DNA of 58,185 bases, counting the filler, from Bilabrum cf. latius (Eukaryota): assembly GCA_965178125.1 (NCBI GenBank). It is 2 parts of 2 records of this genome, joined end to end, with 100 filler letters (N's around TTAATTAATTAA, not from the genome) between each part and the next. Parts side by side here need not be neighbours in the genome. Positions count along the whole stretch, not along the records: positions 29,258 to 58,185 come from CBCXTV010000020.1; 1 more part is not named here. One strand, written 5' to 3'. The position numbers and the translations under genes are program-made. Position 1 is the stretch's first letter; every line of letters begins with the position of its first letter. This document shows, in pieces, positions 47,344 to 58,049 of this stretch. Below the pieces are notes generated by a model. The model saw only the letters and a program-made list of their open reading frames with translations. It did not search any database and was not told the DNA's origin.

Positions 47344-50300
47344 TGCGGGAGCTTCCCGAATGGGTCCGTCGTGCTGTGAGGGCGCTCCGGAAGGAAAAGC
47401 GCGAGTGAGTCATCCTTGCGCCGGGGTGAGCGCGACGTCGGAGGAGCACTATTATTGCCAGGCGCCTGACCATCTGCACGACTTCGTGGGGCTCCATGAC
47501 GTGACGGCGAGCGAGAACATTGACTGGTTGCGTGGCTGGAGGATCTCGGGAACACACGGCGGGCGAGCCGTTTTTCAAAAGGAACAAGGGTCCTTCGGGA
47601 CGGCATTTCACTTACGGCGGGCGAGCCGTTTTCCGAATGGTGCGGGGGTCCTACTGATGCACACGGCGATCGTTGTTTCACTCACGGCGGGCGAGCCGTT
47701 TTCCGAATGGTGCGGAGTCCTCCAGATGACCACGGTGATGGGTGGCAGCATGTCATGAGCGCACCGTCGGAAGCTTCCCCTTTCGAGTGCTGCCTAAAAC
47801 TGAGAAGCGTGGAGATGCGAGCATCGCAGGGGGCACGAGGTAACAGCAGTGGGGTCCGTTCTCCGCTTCAGTTCCTGTCCCAAATCCGAATCCCATTTCG
47901 AGACCGAAAAAGGTGACCCGGAACACGACGGTACTCTCCGTCACTCCATCTGGCGGCGAAAATTGCCTCAGTTTCCGGTCCCCGATTCCGGGCCCAGGGA
48001 CCCCCGAAATTCCCGATTCCGCGCAGTGCCGAAAGCTCGACATAAACCACAAACACGACACACAACACAACACGATAGCGCCTCCCCACGTACACTCCCG
48101 CATCGTGAAGTCAACCACGCAACACCGTGCAGACTCATGCACCGAGACCGATGCATCTTACCGTCAGCGGCGCTGGTGGAAGCCGCGCTGCGAACAAGCT
48201 CCTCTGCACCAGTTACTCCGCCTTTTCAATCCTCGCGCACCTGAACGTGACTCCTGTGGATACGCAGTTCCTTCACCCAGCGCGGGTGCTTCGCAACGTC
48301 GTGCGTGCCCCATCTCGCCGTCGCGGGTGCTGAGACGCCTTCATGGTCATAAGGCGCCCTGAGCAGACTGCAGCGCGACTTCCAGTGACATTCCCGGCAA
48401 GAACACACTGCAGCTCACATGCAGCGAGCGGAAGGACCCAATCCCGCGCGCAGCCTTCCGCAGCGGGAGAATAGTATCCCCCCACGACCGCCGAAAAAAA
48501 AAAAGAAGGCTATGCTGAACTCGTTCCAGGGAAGGCTATGCAATGAGTATCTCTAGGCGCTTTCCGGAAGACCCACCCACTACACGCTGGTCGGCCCTCC
48601 CAAGTGGGAGTGAACCGCGGAGCCGCGGGCCCGTGAGCGCTGCTGCTACGATCATTTCTGCCCGTTTAACTCTCGCCCACTCTTGCCGTGACCAAAGACG
48701 CGCAGATCCTTATGACGCATGACACCTCGTCGAGGTGTCGGGACTGCCTCACACTCCCGTTAGGGAGACCCACAGCACTGCGACGACGAAATCGGTCACG
48801 AAGAGAGCACGAGGCCGCGCACCTGAGCATCACCAAAACCCCGGCAGACATAAACAACACCGTACCGTGAAATCCCCGCGACGAGGAGATCCCAAGGGGC
48901 TCCCACGGCGGCTCCTCTGCGGGAGAAGCTGTCGCAGACCTCGAGATGGGATGCACATGATTGCGAAGATTGCGGAACTCGTCCGAAGCCGGTCGCACGA
49001 GGGTCACAGCGAATGGAGGCATATCTATGAAATAGAGTCTGCGTGCAAAGCAGCATTCCAAACGATCCTCCGCATTCTTCCGAGCAAATCCTTGGGAGCA
49101 CACATCCTGCGGACGACATCTTTTTTCTGTCCACCCCAGCGTGCTCCCCGCACACACTTCTCGCGAATGATTGAGGATTCTGTGCGGCACATGTAATTAC
49201 AGGCTACCATGATTCGCGGGATGGCGTCCTATTGCTCGCACGTTCGTGCGCCCCCTTCCGAATGCGCTTATCACATCACCATGTTCGTCGGAAACCGTGA
49301 ACAGCGTAGGGGTCTTCCCTCCGACACCAAGCGTACACGACTGGCAGTAATAGCGCAGCGTAGATGTTTCGGGCGTCACCCACGACAAGTGTCGACGCCG
49401 GTTCGTCACGATCACTACGTGTGCACTTCATTCACCGCCCTCCAGCCGCTAGACTTCTTTTGGAACGCGACATCCTACGACGCGCTATGACACGTAGCCG
49501 TAAACCGCAGACGGCCTCGCGTTCACTGCTTGCAGCGCAAGAGCGTGCACGAAAACCGCCCGCGTGGCACACCTTCACAGGCGCGGAAGACAAAAAAATC
49601 CTTCTCAGCTTGTATTCGGGTTCGAAAGCCAAATTCCACTTCGGGGTCGAGAAGGGTGACCCGGGAAATCACCGTACGCTCTGTGAATCCATTTCCCAGG
49701 GAAAGTCCCCGAGTTCCCGCTACCCGGTCCCGGGCCCAGCGACCCAGGAAAGTTCCCGTCCCCCCGCATGCGGAAACTCCCACGAAGCACGCCCACCTCA
49801 CGCTTCACACGCAAAAGTCCAGGAGTCATCCATTCCGGACCCAGCAGTTCACCCCCCGTGACGATTGGGAAAGGCTCTTGCACACACCTTCTCGTCCGAT
49901 CAGTCTATGGAGCACACGCCTCTCTTCGTTGCCTTTTCCGGCCAAAAATGCAGGGAGCTCGAAGGGGAAGTAACAAACGCGGGAGACCGCTTTCGAAACG
50001 CAGGTGCTCAGGGAAAAACAACCAGAGCGTCCATGATCCTCGGCAGAGCCGTCCAGGAGGGACGGGCACGGACGGGCATCGCAGATCTTGCAGCGCCACC
50101 ATTCGCCGGGATGGACGACCGGACGAGGGCGACCGCAAGTACGTAGCGTGCGACGTCCGCCAGTGGCCATGTTGCGCTCATTCGCTTTCGCGGCACGACT
50201 TCCAGGGCCGGCCTTACTCACTCCTCGGAGTCCGCGTGTGGATTCTCCCCTGCACACGATCTGCCGCTCTAGGTGCTACACAAAGATCCCACTCGGATGA

Positions 50301-50833
50301 CCCCCTCTGTGCATTCTGCAAGATCTTACGCGCGTCCATTCAATGCGCGAAGCATGCACCGCAGCAGTCTGAGTCCGGTGACCACCTTCAATAGCGTGGG
50401 ACAAATTCCGTCCGCGATGTGCATTCGGGCATGCTCCCCTTTCCGAGTCTCTGTGACCCGTAGTGCGTCCGCGGCCAACGACTCAGGACCTCCACGATGG
50501 TAAGCACGAGTTGCATTCCTTGCAAGAAGCGCGCGGGGAGAAAACGATGCTGAGACATCGAGGCGCTTGGAGAGTCTGCACACGACATGCTTCGAGAGGC
50601 CATGCAGACATGCGGAACGAGAACCGAGGTTCCGCATCGTTCCTGCTGTCGAGCGCTCAATTGGGGCATCGGATCAGGATGCAGCTCGCGAAGAGAGGAC
50701 GCGGGTGGTCCCCCATCCAAAAATCCGCCGCGCTCAAGGCTCGTGTTCCCGGATCCCGCATTCGCGAGTTTCGGGAGCAGAAGTGTAAGATCGCCGCTGG
50801 ACACACAGCGCATGCCATTCCCCGCCCCTGGAG

Positions 50834-53389
50834 ATGTCGGGCTTCCACGCGCAATTCGGACACCATCGCCAGGACCTCGGGAAGATGACATGCCTGCTGA
50901 TCTGCAGGGAGGAGTCCCGCTTCGAGGAGTGGCAACAGCAAAAAGGGGCGCAGGAACTCCAAGCGCACATGCGAGCGGTCCTTCGGCTCCCCAATCCGGT
51001 GTTTCCGCAGACCGACAGAGACCCAGATGGACGCAACATCGTCAAAGACCAAGCCCTCTTGGATATCTTCTCCGGCAAGATAACGGACTGCATCAAATAC
51101 AATCCGGCCACTGTTGGGGCGATCCAATCCCATCGAAACGCATGGCTGTGGGCGGAGAACCACACGCCGACGGAATGGCTCATGGTTGTCGAGGATGATA
51201 TCCAACCTCGCGAAGCATGCGTGGATCGGCTACTCGTAGTTCTTCACGCCATCGCGAAAAACCCCAAGGTGACGCAGATGGCCATGTTAGCGGGGTCAGA
51301 AGCACCGAGAATGGTCGGCCTCCAACGCGGAAACTCCACTTCCGTCTACAACTGCGAGCGCCTCCTTGACGTGCGGACCTATCCAGCGCACTGGGTGGAC
51401 AGCACATTTGTGGTCCCCTTCCACGTCGGCATGGGCCTAAAGTGGTACCTCATCAGCCCGAAGGGGAGGAAGGCGCTCCTGAAGATGCCCATCCCGAACC
51501 GAAGCTTCGAACGCTGCGTCTGGCGCCGCATCTTCGACACGTTCCAAGGGCCGGTATGGAGGTGGGAAGATTGCCTCCGCATGACATCTGTGCTCGCAGC
51601 CAGTCCGGTCCTGGCATCGACTCCCGAGAGCATGGACGCGGAGTGGGGGGGGCTCGGGACGGCGAAGTACGGATGCAGGGCACAGTCTGAAACCGTACGT
51701 AATGATCGACCCGAATGGCGACTGGACTCTTGGCGAGCGATTAAACACATTGTCCGTCGTGATGTCCGTGTGCGCGGCCCTGAATTGGGGGATTGTCCTC
51801 GTCTGGGAAAAAACAGAGCGCGTGCCCATCTCCTACGAAGACTTGTGCGGTGTTCACGAGCACGCCGACGAAACCAACACGTTCATCCACCTCCTCCAGG
51901 ACAAACGAGGCGGGTCGTATTCGTACTTCCTGAGGCACGGAGACATCCGCATCCACGTGGTGCAGCCGATGATGTGCATCCCCACCCTCGACAGAATGCT
52001 CGACATGGTGACCATGGAGAGTCCCAAGATGAAAACCCTGCCTCCCTTGAAATGGCAGGCCGCTCGATGGATCCAAGTCAAGCAGAAGTGGATCGACAAA
52101 CTCCACACGGAGATGCCGGGGGCCGAGCTGCCCTCATGGCTGGAGTGGCGACCCTCACTCCACGCGCTCGTCCTCTGCGACGACAGGGACTTGGCGGCGT
52201 ATTCCCTCGAGGGGAGATGCCAAAAGGAGCAGAAGGAGTGGCTGACCGGCGGGAGGGACAACAAAATCCAGAACTACATCCCGGAGGCAAAGAAGGCCCT
52301 GCAGAACGAGTTGGAAGACATCCTCGAGGCAGCTCGCGCCTCGTCGTGATCCACATGACAACCAAACCGCTGGGACAGCTCTGGGTGGAAATGATGAACC
52401 ACCTCACGAAGAAGTTCGGCAAGCGCATCATAACGCCTACGTTCCTCCTCCCGACAATGATCCCCAATCGGAGGTACGACGAGAAGAAGCCGAGTGAGGA
52501 TTGGATTACTTGGGGACAATCCTTGGCGACAAGCATGGGCCTCCTCACGCTCATACCTCCGATGCAGGTGCACTATCCCGTCATGAGCTGGACCGTGGCC
52601 TGGAACCACTTCATGTTTCGAGGCAGGACTGCCACGGACGGCGTGATCCCAGACGCCACCCGAGCTCTCTACGCTCCGCACAAGGGCAACAAGAAGCAGC
52701 TCCTCAAGAACGGCCCGCTGTGCCAGACGAGGCACGCCGTGCTGGACTCGCCCGCACTGCAGGACATTGCGAACAACCGCTCAAGGGCCAAGGACAAGAC
52801 CTATAACCTCCTGAGCTATTCCAAATGGTTTGCCGAGGAGGCCATGTGGCACATGATCAAGTACGCCGAAAGCACGCAGAGCATCGTCGACCCGTTCGTG
52901 AGCCGCCAGTGCCAAAAGGTCTTCGAGCACATCCCCCCGGATGATATCGGCCATGCGGACGCCCGGCTCCGGTACAACCTTCAGGATGCCAACGAGCGAG
53001 GTTACCGCTTCAACGCGCAGCATCTCTACACCGCGGTGCAGGACATCAAAACGGTGAACATCACATACTCGAAGTGGCTCACCGAGCAGACACAAAGTCA
53101 TTCCGAGTGGACCTGGGGCAAGACGTTCATCAAGCTTGTGATCAACCAGTGGCGGCAGCAGCAGGGCAGTGAGCCGTATGACGTGGACGAGGATGACTAC
53201 GTGAGCCTTCCGCGGACCTTCCACGGGAATTCCGTGAAGCTCGCGAGGAGCGCAAGCCGTAAGGACACGAGACCTTGTTCCACATCGCCCTCATCCTATT
53301 CCAGGTCGCCGTCCACCCAGAGGACTGAAGCACAGCCTCCGAAGAGAGCGCGCCTGACCCCGGCACCCGACGTAAAGCAAGAGCCCTGA
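50834..53389 (+). pseudogene. Glycosyltransferase family 25-like domain fused to a possible fucosyltransferase-like domain; two compensating frameshifts (~51700, ~52330); true start may lie further 5'
   Basis: VGAIQSHRNAW...WLMVVEDDI and KWYLISPKGRKALLK match GT25 motifs (GC..SH...W, ILEDD, Y.IS..GA.KLL). Alternate frame 51702-52349 reads WTLGERLNTLSVVMSVCAALNWGIVLVW (GLGNRL-like) and is clearly the protein-like frame there. Confidence 0.7.
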
Positions 53390-53938
53390 CGACGAAATGC
53401 CGCGGAACAGCGCGTTGCGAGGAGACAAAGCTCCACAGGCAACAGCAGAAGGCCGCCGAGCGCCGGGGTGGGAGGGTCACATAGTCCCACCGCTCCCATT
53501 CTCTCCGGAAGTCGCATAGCACGTGAAGATCCGCATGCTCTCGGTGCATCAACGCTGGCAGCACGCAGTGCCACAGTCGCAAAGACACTTCAGAGTCACA
53601 AGTCCAGAAGTTCTTCTGTCAATGTGTGTCCTCTTCCCGCTCATGTGTGCATCCTCGGAGGAAGTCTGGAGATGACAGGACCCAGCACGCACCACATCAG
53701 AAGTCCTCTTTTAAAGCGGCATCGTCAGAACAAAATCTGGAACGCCCTTCCGCAAAAAGAGTGCTGCCCACAGAAAAAAGGGAAACACCTGAGGCCCCAG
53801 AAGCCAAAGGGAGGACCGCGAAGGACGCAGTTTCGAGGTCACACTTTCCGGGACCAGTTTTGAGCCCAAAAAGGGGTACACAAGAGGAAAACACAATGCG
53901 GGAGGCTTGAAATTGTCACCGAAAACGGGCCCAAAATT

Positions 53939-54380
53939 TGTGAGACCGCGAGGATCTCGACGTCCAAACTTCCGAGCTCCAAGATCGCAACTCACGTGGA
54001 ATGCACGATGTGGAAACCTCTTCCTGCCCTTCACGGAAATGCCCAGCACTCAACTTCAAGACCCAAGTATCAACGCGTCGACACAATGAAGTCTGCTGCT
54101 CGGAAACGCGATCTTTCCGCTGCTGCTCGCCGCTGGGTTGGACTCAAGGGCCCTCGAGTGCAGACGGCAACGACGCGGTCGCGTATCACGCGCAGCCAAA
54201 AAGAAAACATGCACTCGGCCCCTAGCTCACAGCACAACAATGCCGGCCATGGATCGAATTCAATGAACCGTCCCGACTTGCCTTGACCGTTGCAATCACC
54301 ACGCTTCAGAACCATGCTTGTCGAATGAACTGGAACCGTCCATGCCCTAAACTGGTCACGACACCCGAATTGTCTTCACA
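53939..54380 (-). repeat. 3' LTR (442 bp)
   Basis: TG...CA termini; preceded on the minus strand by PPT TGAGGGGGCG (54381-54390). Confidence 0.95.
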
Positions 54381-54490
54381 CGCCCCCTCAGCCGAAGCGA
54401 ATATTCGCAAGGATGCCCTAAGGGTGTCGGATCGTTCGCTCGACCTCTGGCACTGGGAAGCACGAGCAACAAAAAACTAGGCCCGCGGCG

Positions 54491-56032
54491 TCACTCGTCC
54501 TTCGTCGTACTTCTTCTCCTCCAGTCCGACATCCTCTTTCTCGCCCGCTCCACACAATACGAGCAAGACCTGAGCTCGCGAATGTCACCCTTCAACGCCT
54601 GGCAACCGGGCATGTGATAGCAACTTCCCAACGGAGTCACGTACAAGTGCCCTACGCCACAATAGTTCGCGCCTGTGTCGTAGTTCACGACGGATGTCGT
54701 CTCCTGGAAGTAGTCGCGCTCACTCTTCAACTCGTCGAACTCGGAGTTCTCCTTCTTCTTCACGCTCCTCCTCCTACCGTCACCATGCATGCACCAATAT
54801 GCCAGAACACAACCCAATATCACGAACAACACCATCACCGCCAACAATAGCAGCAAGACCAGGCCTCGCAAGAAGCCTATCTCCTTCGCATAGCCATCCA
54901 TGGACTTATGCCCGACGCCATACAACACTGCCATGCCGTACGGATAAATCCTGTCACCGCCCGTGTTGTAGTCCGAAGTGTCCCTGGCATTCATGTCGTT
55001 CATCGTCTGCGCGCCAACCTTGCTCACCAGCATCAGCAATGCCATAGCGATCGACTTGAGCTCCGCGCCCGTGCTCGACGTCACGCTCGGCAACCCGCGC
55101 TTCTTCACGATCGTGCTGATGCGCGCCTCGTCGGTCTCGCAGACCAACCCCATTTTCCCGATGAGGTACCAATGCTGTGCCTTGTCCAAGGCCTTCGTCA
55201 ACTGGTCCGCTTCGTTCTCCCGGGTGTTCACGTGCTTCACGTCAAAAACCTTGTCCTGGTACAATTCCTGCAGCGAAAACGTCCGAATCTCCACGTGTTT
55301 CAACCTGCTGCCCGAGCCGCGTCGTTTGATGACCGCCTCGGCCGCTGTACTGTCCGTCCGCAATTCGCCCTTGCCTTTCCCCTTCAACGCACCGACAATG
55401 GTCATGTCCGCATCACCGCCCTCGTCATATGTCCATGTCCACGCACCTGTGCTCTGACAGTAAGACTCGATGCGAGTGAAAAGCTGGAGCATCGTCATGT
55501 CGACCGTCGCCGTCATCTGCACTTGCGTCCGCAAGGGATCCGGCAAAGCCCTTATCACCGTCGCTGTCTTCACTGCGTCACCCAAGACACCTGCAATCTT
55601 CTCGTAGTTCGACACGTCCGACTTCCACTTCTGAACGGACTCGAGAAGTGCCGACCCATCGTGGCCATGGAACGTCGGGTTCAACAACCTCGACAACATG
55701 CCCAAGGCCTTCGCCTTGTCGCTCGGGCCGAACTTCTTCGCAAGCCTTCTCCAAGACTCAAACCCGTTCGTGTTGTCCTCGCGTGTGATCTCCGTGAACG
55801 CCTTCCCCACGACGGAGATAGAAATCAAATAGTGCAGCTGTCTGCTCCTCGCTTGCTGGTCCTCGGGCACCGTCACGATGGCCGTGTCCGTCGCTGCCGA
55901 CTGGTCCATGATGCCAATGGCCGCCTCGTCAAGCAATGCCACGTAGCTCTTGAACTTGGCCGCCCACTCCTTCCAGGGCGTGCCCGGAGTCCACTGCGGC
56001 GCCCGAAGGGAGTACTTCAATGAGGTCTCCAT
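54491..56032 (-). CDS. Copia Gag fused in frame to the RNase H C-terminus plus a transmembrane/zinc-binding extension (513 aa)
   Basis: Gag: WKEWAAKFKSY...NGFESWRRL. RNase H tail: LRTDSTAA...RLKHVEIR...VNTRENEADQLTKAL. Hydrophobic LVLLLLLAVMVLFVILGCVLAYW. C-terminal YVTPLGSCYHMPGC...SCSYC. Confidence 0.9.
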   Translation of the reverse strand: METSLKYSLRAPQWTPGTPWKEWAAKFKSYVALLDEAAIGIMDQSAATDTAIVTVPEDQQARSRQLHYLISISVVGKAFTEITREDNTNGFESWRRLAKKFGPSDKAKALGMLSRLLNPTFHGHDGSALLESVQKWKSDVSNYEKIAGVLGDAVKTATVIRALPDPLRTQVQMTATVDMTMLQLFTRIESYCQSTGAWTWTYDEGGDADMTIVGALKGKGKGELRTDSTAAEAVIKRRGSGSRLKHVEIRTFSLQELYQDKVFDVKHVNTRENEADQLTKALDKAQHWYLIGKMGLVCETDEARISTIVKKRGLPSVTSSTGAELKSIAMALLMLVSKVGAQTMNDMNARDTSDYNTGGDRIYPYGMAVLYGVGHKSMDGYAKEIGFLRGLVLLLLLAVMVLFVILGCVLAYWCMHGDGRRRSVKKKENSEFDELKSERDYFQETTSVVNYDTGANYCGVGHLYVTPLGSCYHMPGCQALKGDIRELRSCSYCVERARKRMSDWRRRSTTKDE

Positions 56033-56114
56033 GACGCTCTCGTCAAAGTCGCTGTAGCTGTCGCTGTCAACGCCGATGTCGTGGTACTCGGAGACGGACG
56101 GGCTAGACGTCGTT

Positions 56115-56128
56115 GTGCTCCGCTACCA
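56115..56128 (-). promoter_or_regulatory. Primer-binding site TGGTAGCGGAGCAC (tRNA-iMet-like)
   Basis: Immediately follows the 5' LTR on the minus strand and starts with TGG. The tRNA identity is inferred. Confidence 0.75.
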
Positions 56129-56569
56129 TGTGAGACCGCGAGGATCTCGATGTCCAAACTTCCGAGCTCCAAGATCGCAACTCACGTGGAATGCACGATG
56201 TGGAAACCTCTTCCTGCCCTTCACGGAAATGCCCAGCACTCAACTTCAAGACCCAAGTATCAACGCGTCGACACAATGAAGTCTGCTGCTCGGAAACGCG
56301 ATCTTTCCGCTGCTGCTCGCCGCTGGGTTGGACTCAAGGGCCCTCGAGTGCAGACGGCAACGACGCGGTCGCGTATCACGCGCAGCCAAAAAGAAAACAT
56401 GCACTCGGCCCTAGCTCACAGCACAACAATGCCGGCCATGGATCGAATTCAATGAACCGTCCCGACTTGCCTTGACCGTTGCAATCACCACGCTTCAGAA
56501 CCATGCTTGTCGAATGAACTGGAACCGTCCATGCCCTAAACTGGTCACGACACCCGAATTGTCTTCACA
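56129..56569 (-). repeat. 5' LTR (441 bp)
   Basis: By eye it differs from the other LTR only at one substitution and one homopolymer indel. Confidence 0.95.
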
Positions 56570-56900
56570 AAATTGGGACCCCTTTTTCGCAAATTTCGCA
56601 GCATCCAGACGAACCAGAAAGACTTTCCCAGGCGCCGCCTCGAAGCTCACCTTCTCGCATGCAACCATGACGCACCCCCACCTCCTCATGCAGACGCGTC
56701 TGAGAGACCCCGCAGTGGAACTTCTCCCATTCTGCGCAGGAAGCACTTCAGTCTACAAGGACCCGCGCACTTCTTACCGCACCAGCTCCATGTGAAAGCG
56801 CTTCTCGCTGAGTTTTTTTTGGGGCCCAGGAATACAGCAACTGCCAGAAGCTTCGCACAAAGAAGCAGCCCGCTCAGGAAGCAAACTCACTGCACACCCC

Positions 56901-57371
56901 ATGGCGAGCGACGCAGAACCGGAGGACGCAATGCGGCTCGACTCCCCCAAAGATGCGGATGCAGCGGCGTCACCCGAAGCGACGGAGGCAGGATCACACA
57001 GATCAGATCATGCGCAGCAGTTCTTCGGGGAGCCCTGCCCGAAAGGCGGACTCACGGAAGCGCTGGAGAAGACCGCCAAGACGGACGAACCAAGCGACAC
57101 ACCCTTGTTCGTCGACAAGTGGACGGCAGCGATCACACGCCTTACCGAGGAGCGTAAGGCTCTCAAGCTCGAGCAGCGGGCTAAAACGAAGGCCATCCGC
57201 AAAACCATCCGGCAGAAAAGGCGCACCATGAAGAACGCCAAGAAACTCACAGACGACGAGCTCGCCCAAATCGTGCTAGACAGGAAGATCTTGCAGTTGG
57301 TGCAAAAGGAAGAGATCGCAGCACGCAGCTCCGCCAACTCCTCAACGAGTAAGGCGAACTCGATGACGTGA
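56901..57371 (+). CDS. Small protein with acidic N-terminus and basic coiled-coil C-terminus (156 aa)
   Basis: ITRLTEERKALKLEQRAKTKAIRKTIRQKRRTMKNAKKLTDDELAQIV. Its 3' segment (DRKILQLVQKEEIA) is duplicated at ~30878-30923, just upstream of Rep. Confidence 0.7.
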   Translation: MASDAEPEDAMRLDSPKDADAAASPEATEAGSHRSDHAQQFFGEPCPKGGLTEALEKTAKTDEPSDTPLFVDKWTAAITRLTEERKALKLEQRAKTKAIRKTIRQKRRTMKNAKKLTDDELAQIVLDRKILQLVQKEEIAARSSANSSTSKANSMT

Positions 57372-57798
57372 GAAGCGCTTCCCGTGTTCACAGAACCGAG
57401 GATTACAGATAGACCCGCGTCACAGAAGCCAGCGCCAGAAGGCAGAGCGTCAAGTACAGCGCAATTTTGACGGTCACAGGTAGCCCGAGCAGCACAGAGC
57501 AGCGGACGCGGCCGCGCAGCGGAGTCGCGCACTCGGAGAGCATACGCGGGAAGTGCTGGGAGAAATCACTCAGTCCGCCAGAACCGTCATCGAGAGCACG
57601 GGAGGGGCAGACTCGACATGCGCAACCTTGAAAAACGGGAGGGGCACGGAAAGGAAGACAGACTTGGCATTAATCCTCGATTACCCCCGCTCCCCCGTAG
57701 AATCAGAGCGAGCAGATGTGCTAGGAAGGTCCGGGGGGGGGGGCAGTCGCAGAAGAGTGCACGGGAAAACAACAGGAAAGGAGACCCCCCAAACCCAC

Positions 57799-58049
57799 GT
57801 AGTGCGATCCTGGGGGGTACCCTCTAAGGTACTAAGAATCCTTCCCCCGAAAATCGCACTACCTCGGTCCCTGGCGTCGGGGAAAGCGGAAAAAAGCGGA
57901 GCACTACCGTGAAAAAATCCCGCATTTTACAGGGAAATCGGAGCACTACGTGTCAAAAACTGGGGGTTTTTGAGCTTTTTTTTTCTTCCAGAAAAACGGC
58001 ATTTTTTTATGTAAAAACCGCGCGAAACGAGCACTACCGAGCACTACCT
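57799..58049. promoter_or_regulatory. Stem-loop (GTAGTGCGAT/ATCGCACTAC) followed by iterated GCACTAC repeats; candidate origin or element end
   Basis: Stem 57799-57808 / 57853-57862 with inner G6/C5 pairing. Further GAGCACTAC copies near 57899, 57941, 58029 and 58039. Function is inferred only. Confidence 0.45.

Larger units (their letters stand above)
53939..56569 (-). mobile_element. Internally deleted Ty1/copia LTR retrotransposon with 5-bp TSD AAATT
   Basis: LTRs TGTGAGACC...TCTTCACA at 53939-54380 and 56129-56569. AAATT at 53934-53938 and 56570-56574. PBS and PPT present. Confidence 0.97.

Noticed and set aside
48660-50830. Additional genes upstream of the glycosyltransferase
   Set aside because: Several short protein-like frames, but broken and without recognisable motifs; not supportable as specific CDS calls.
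51700-52330. Treating the 851-aa ORF (50834-53389) as one intact protein
   Set aside because: The middle is Arg/Pro-rich off-frame sequence; the alternate frame 51702-52349 is the protein-like one.
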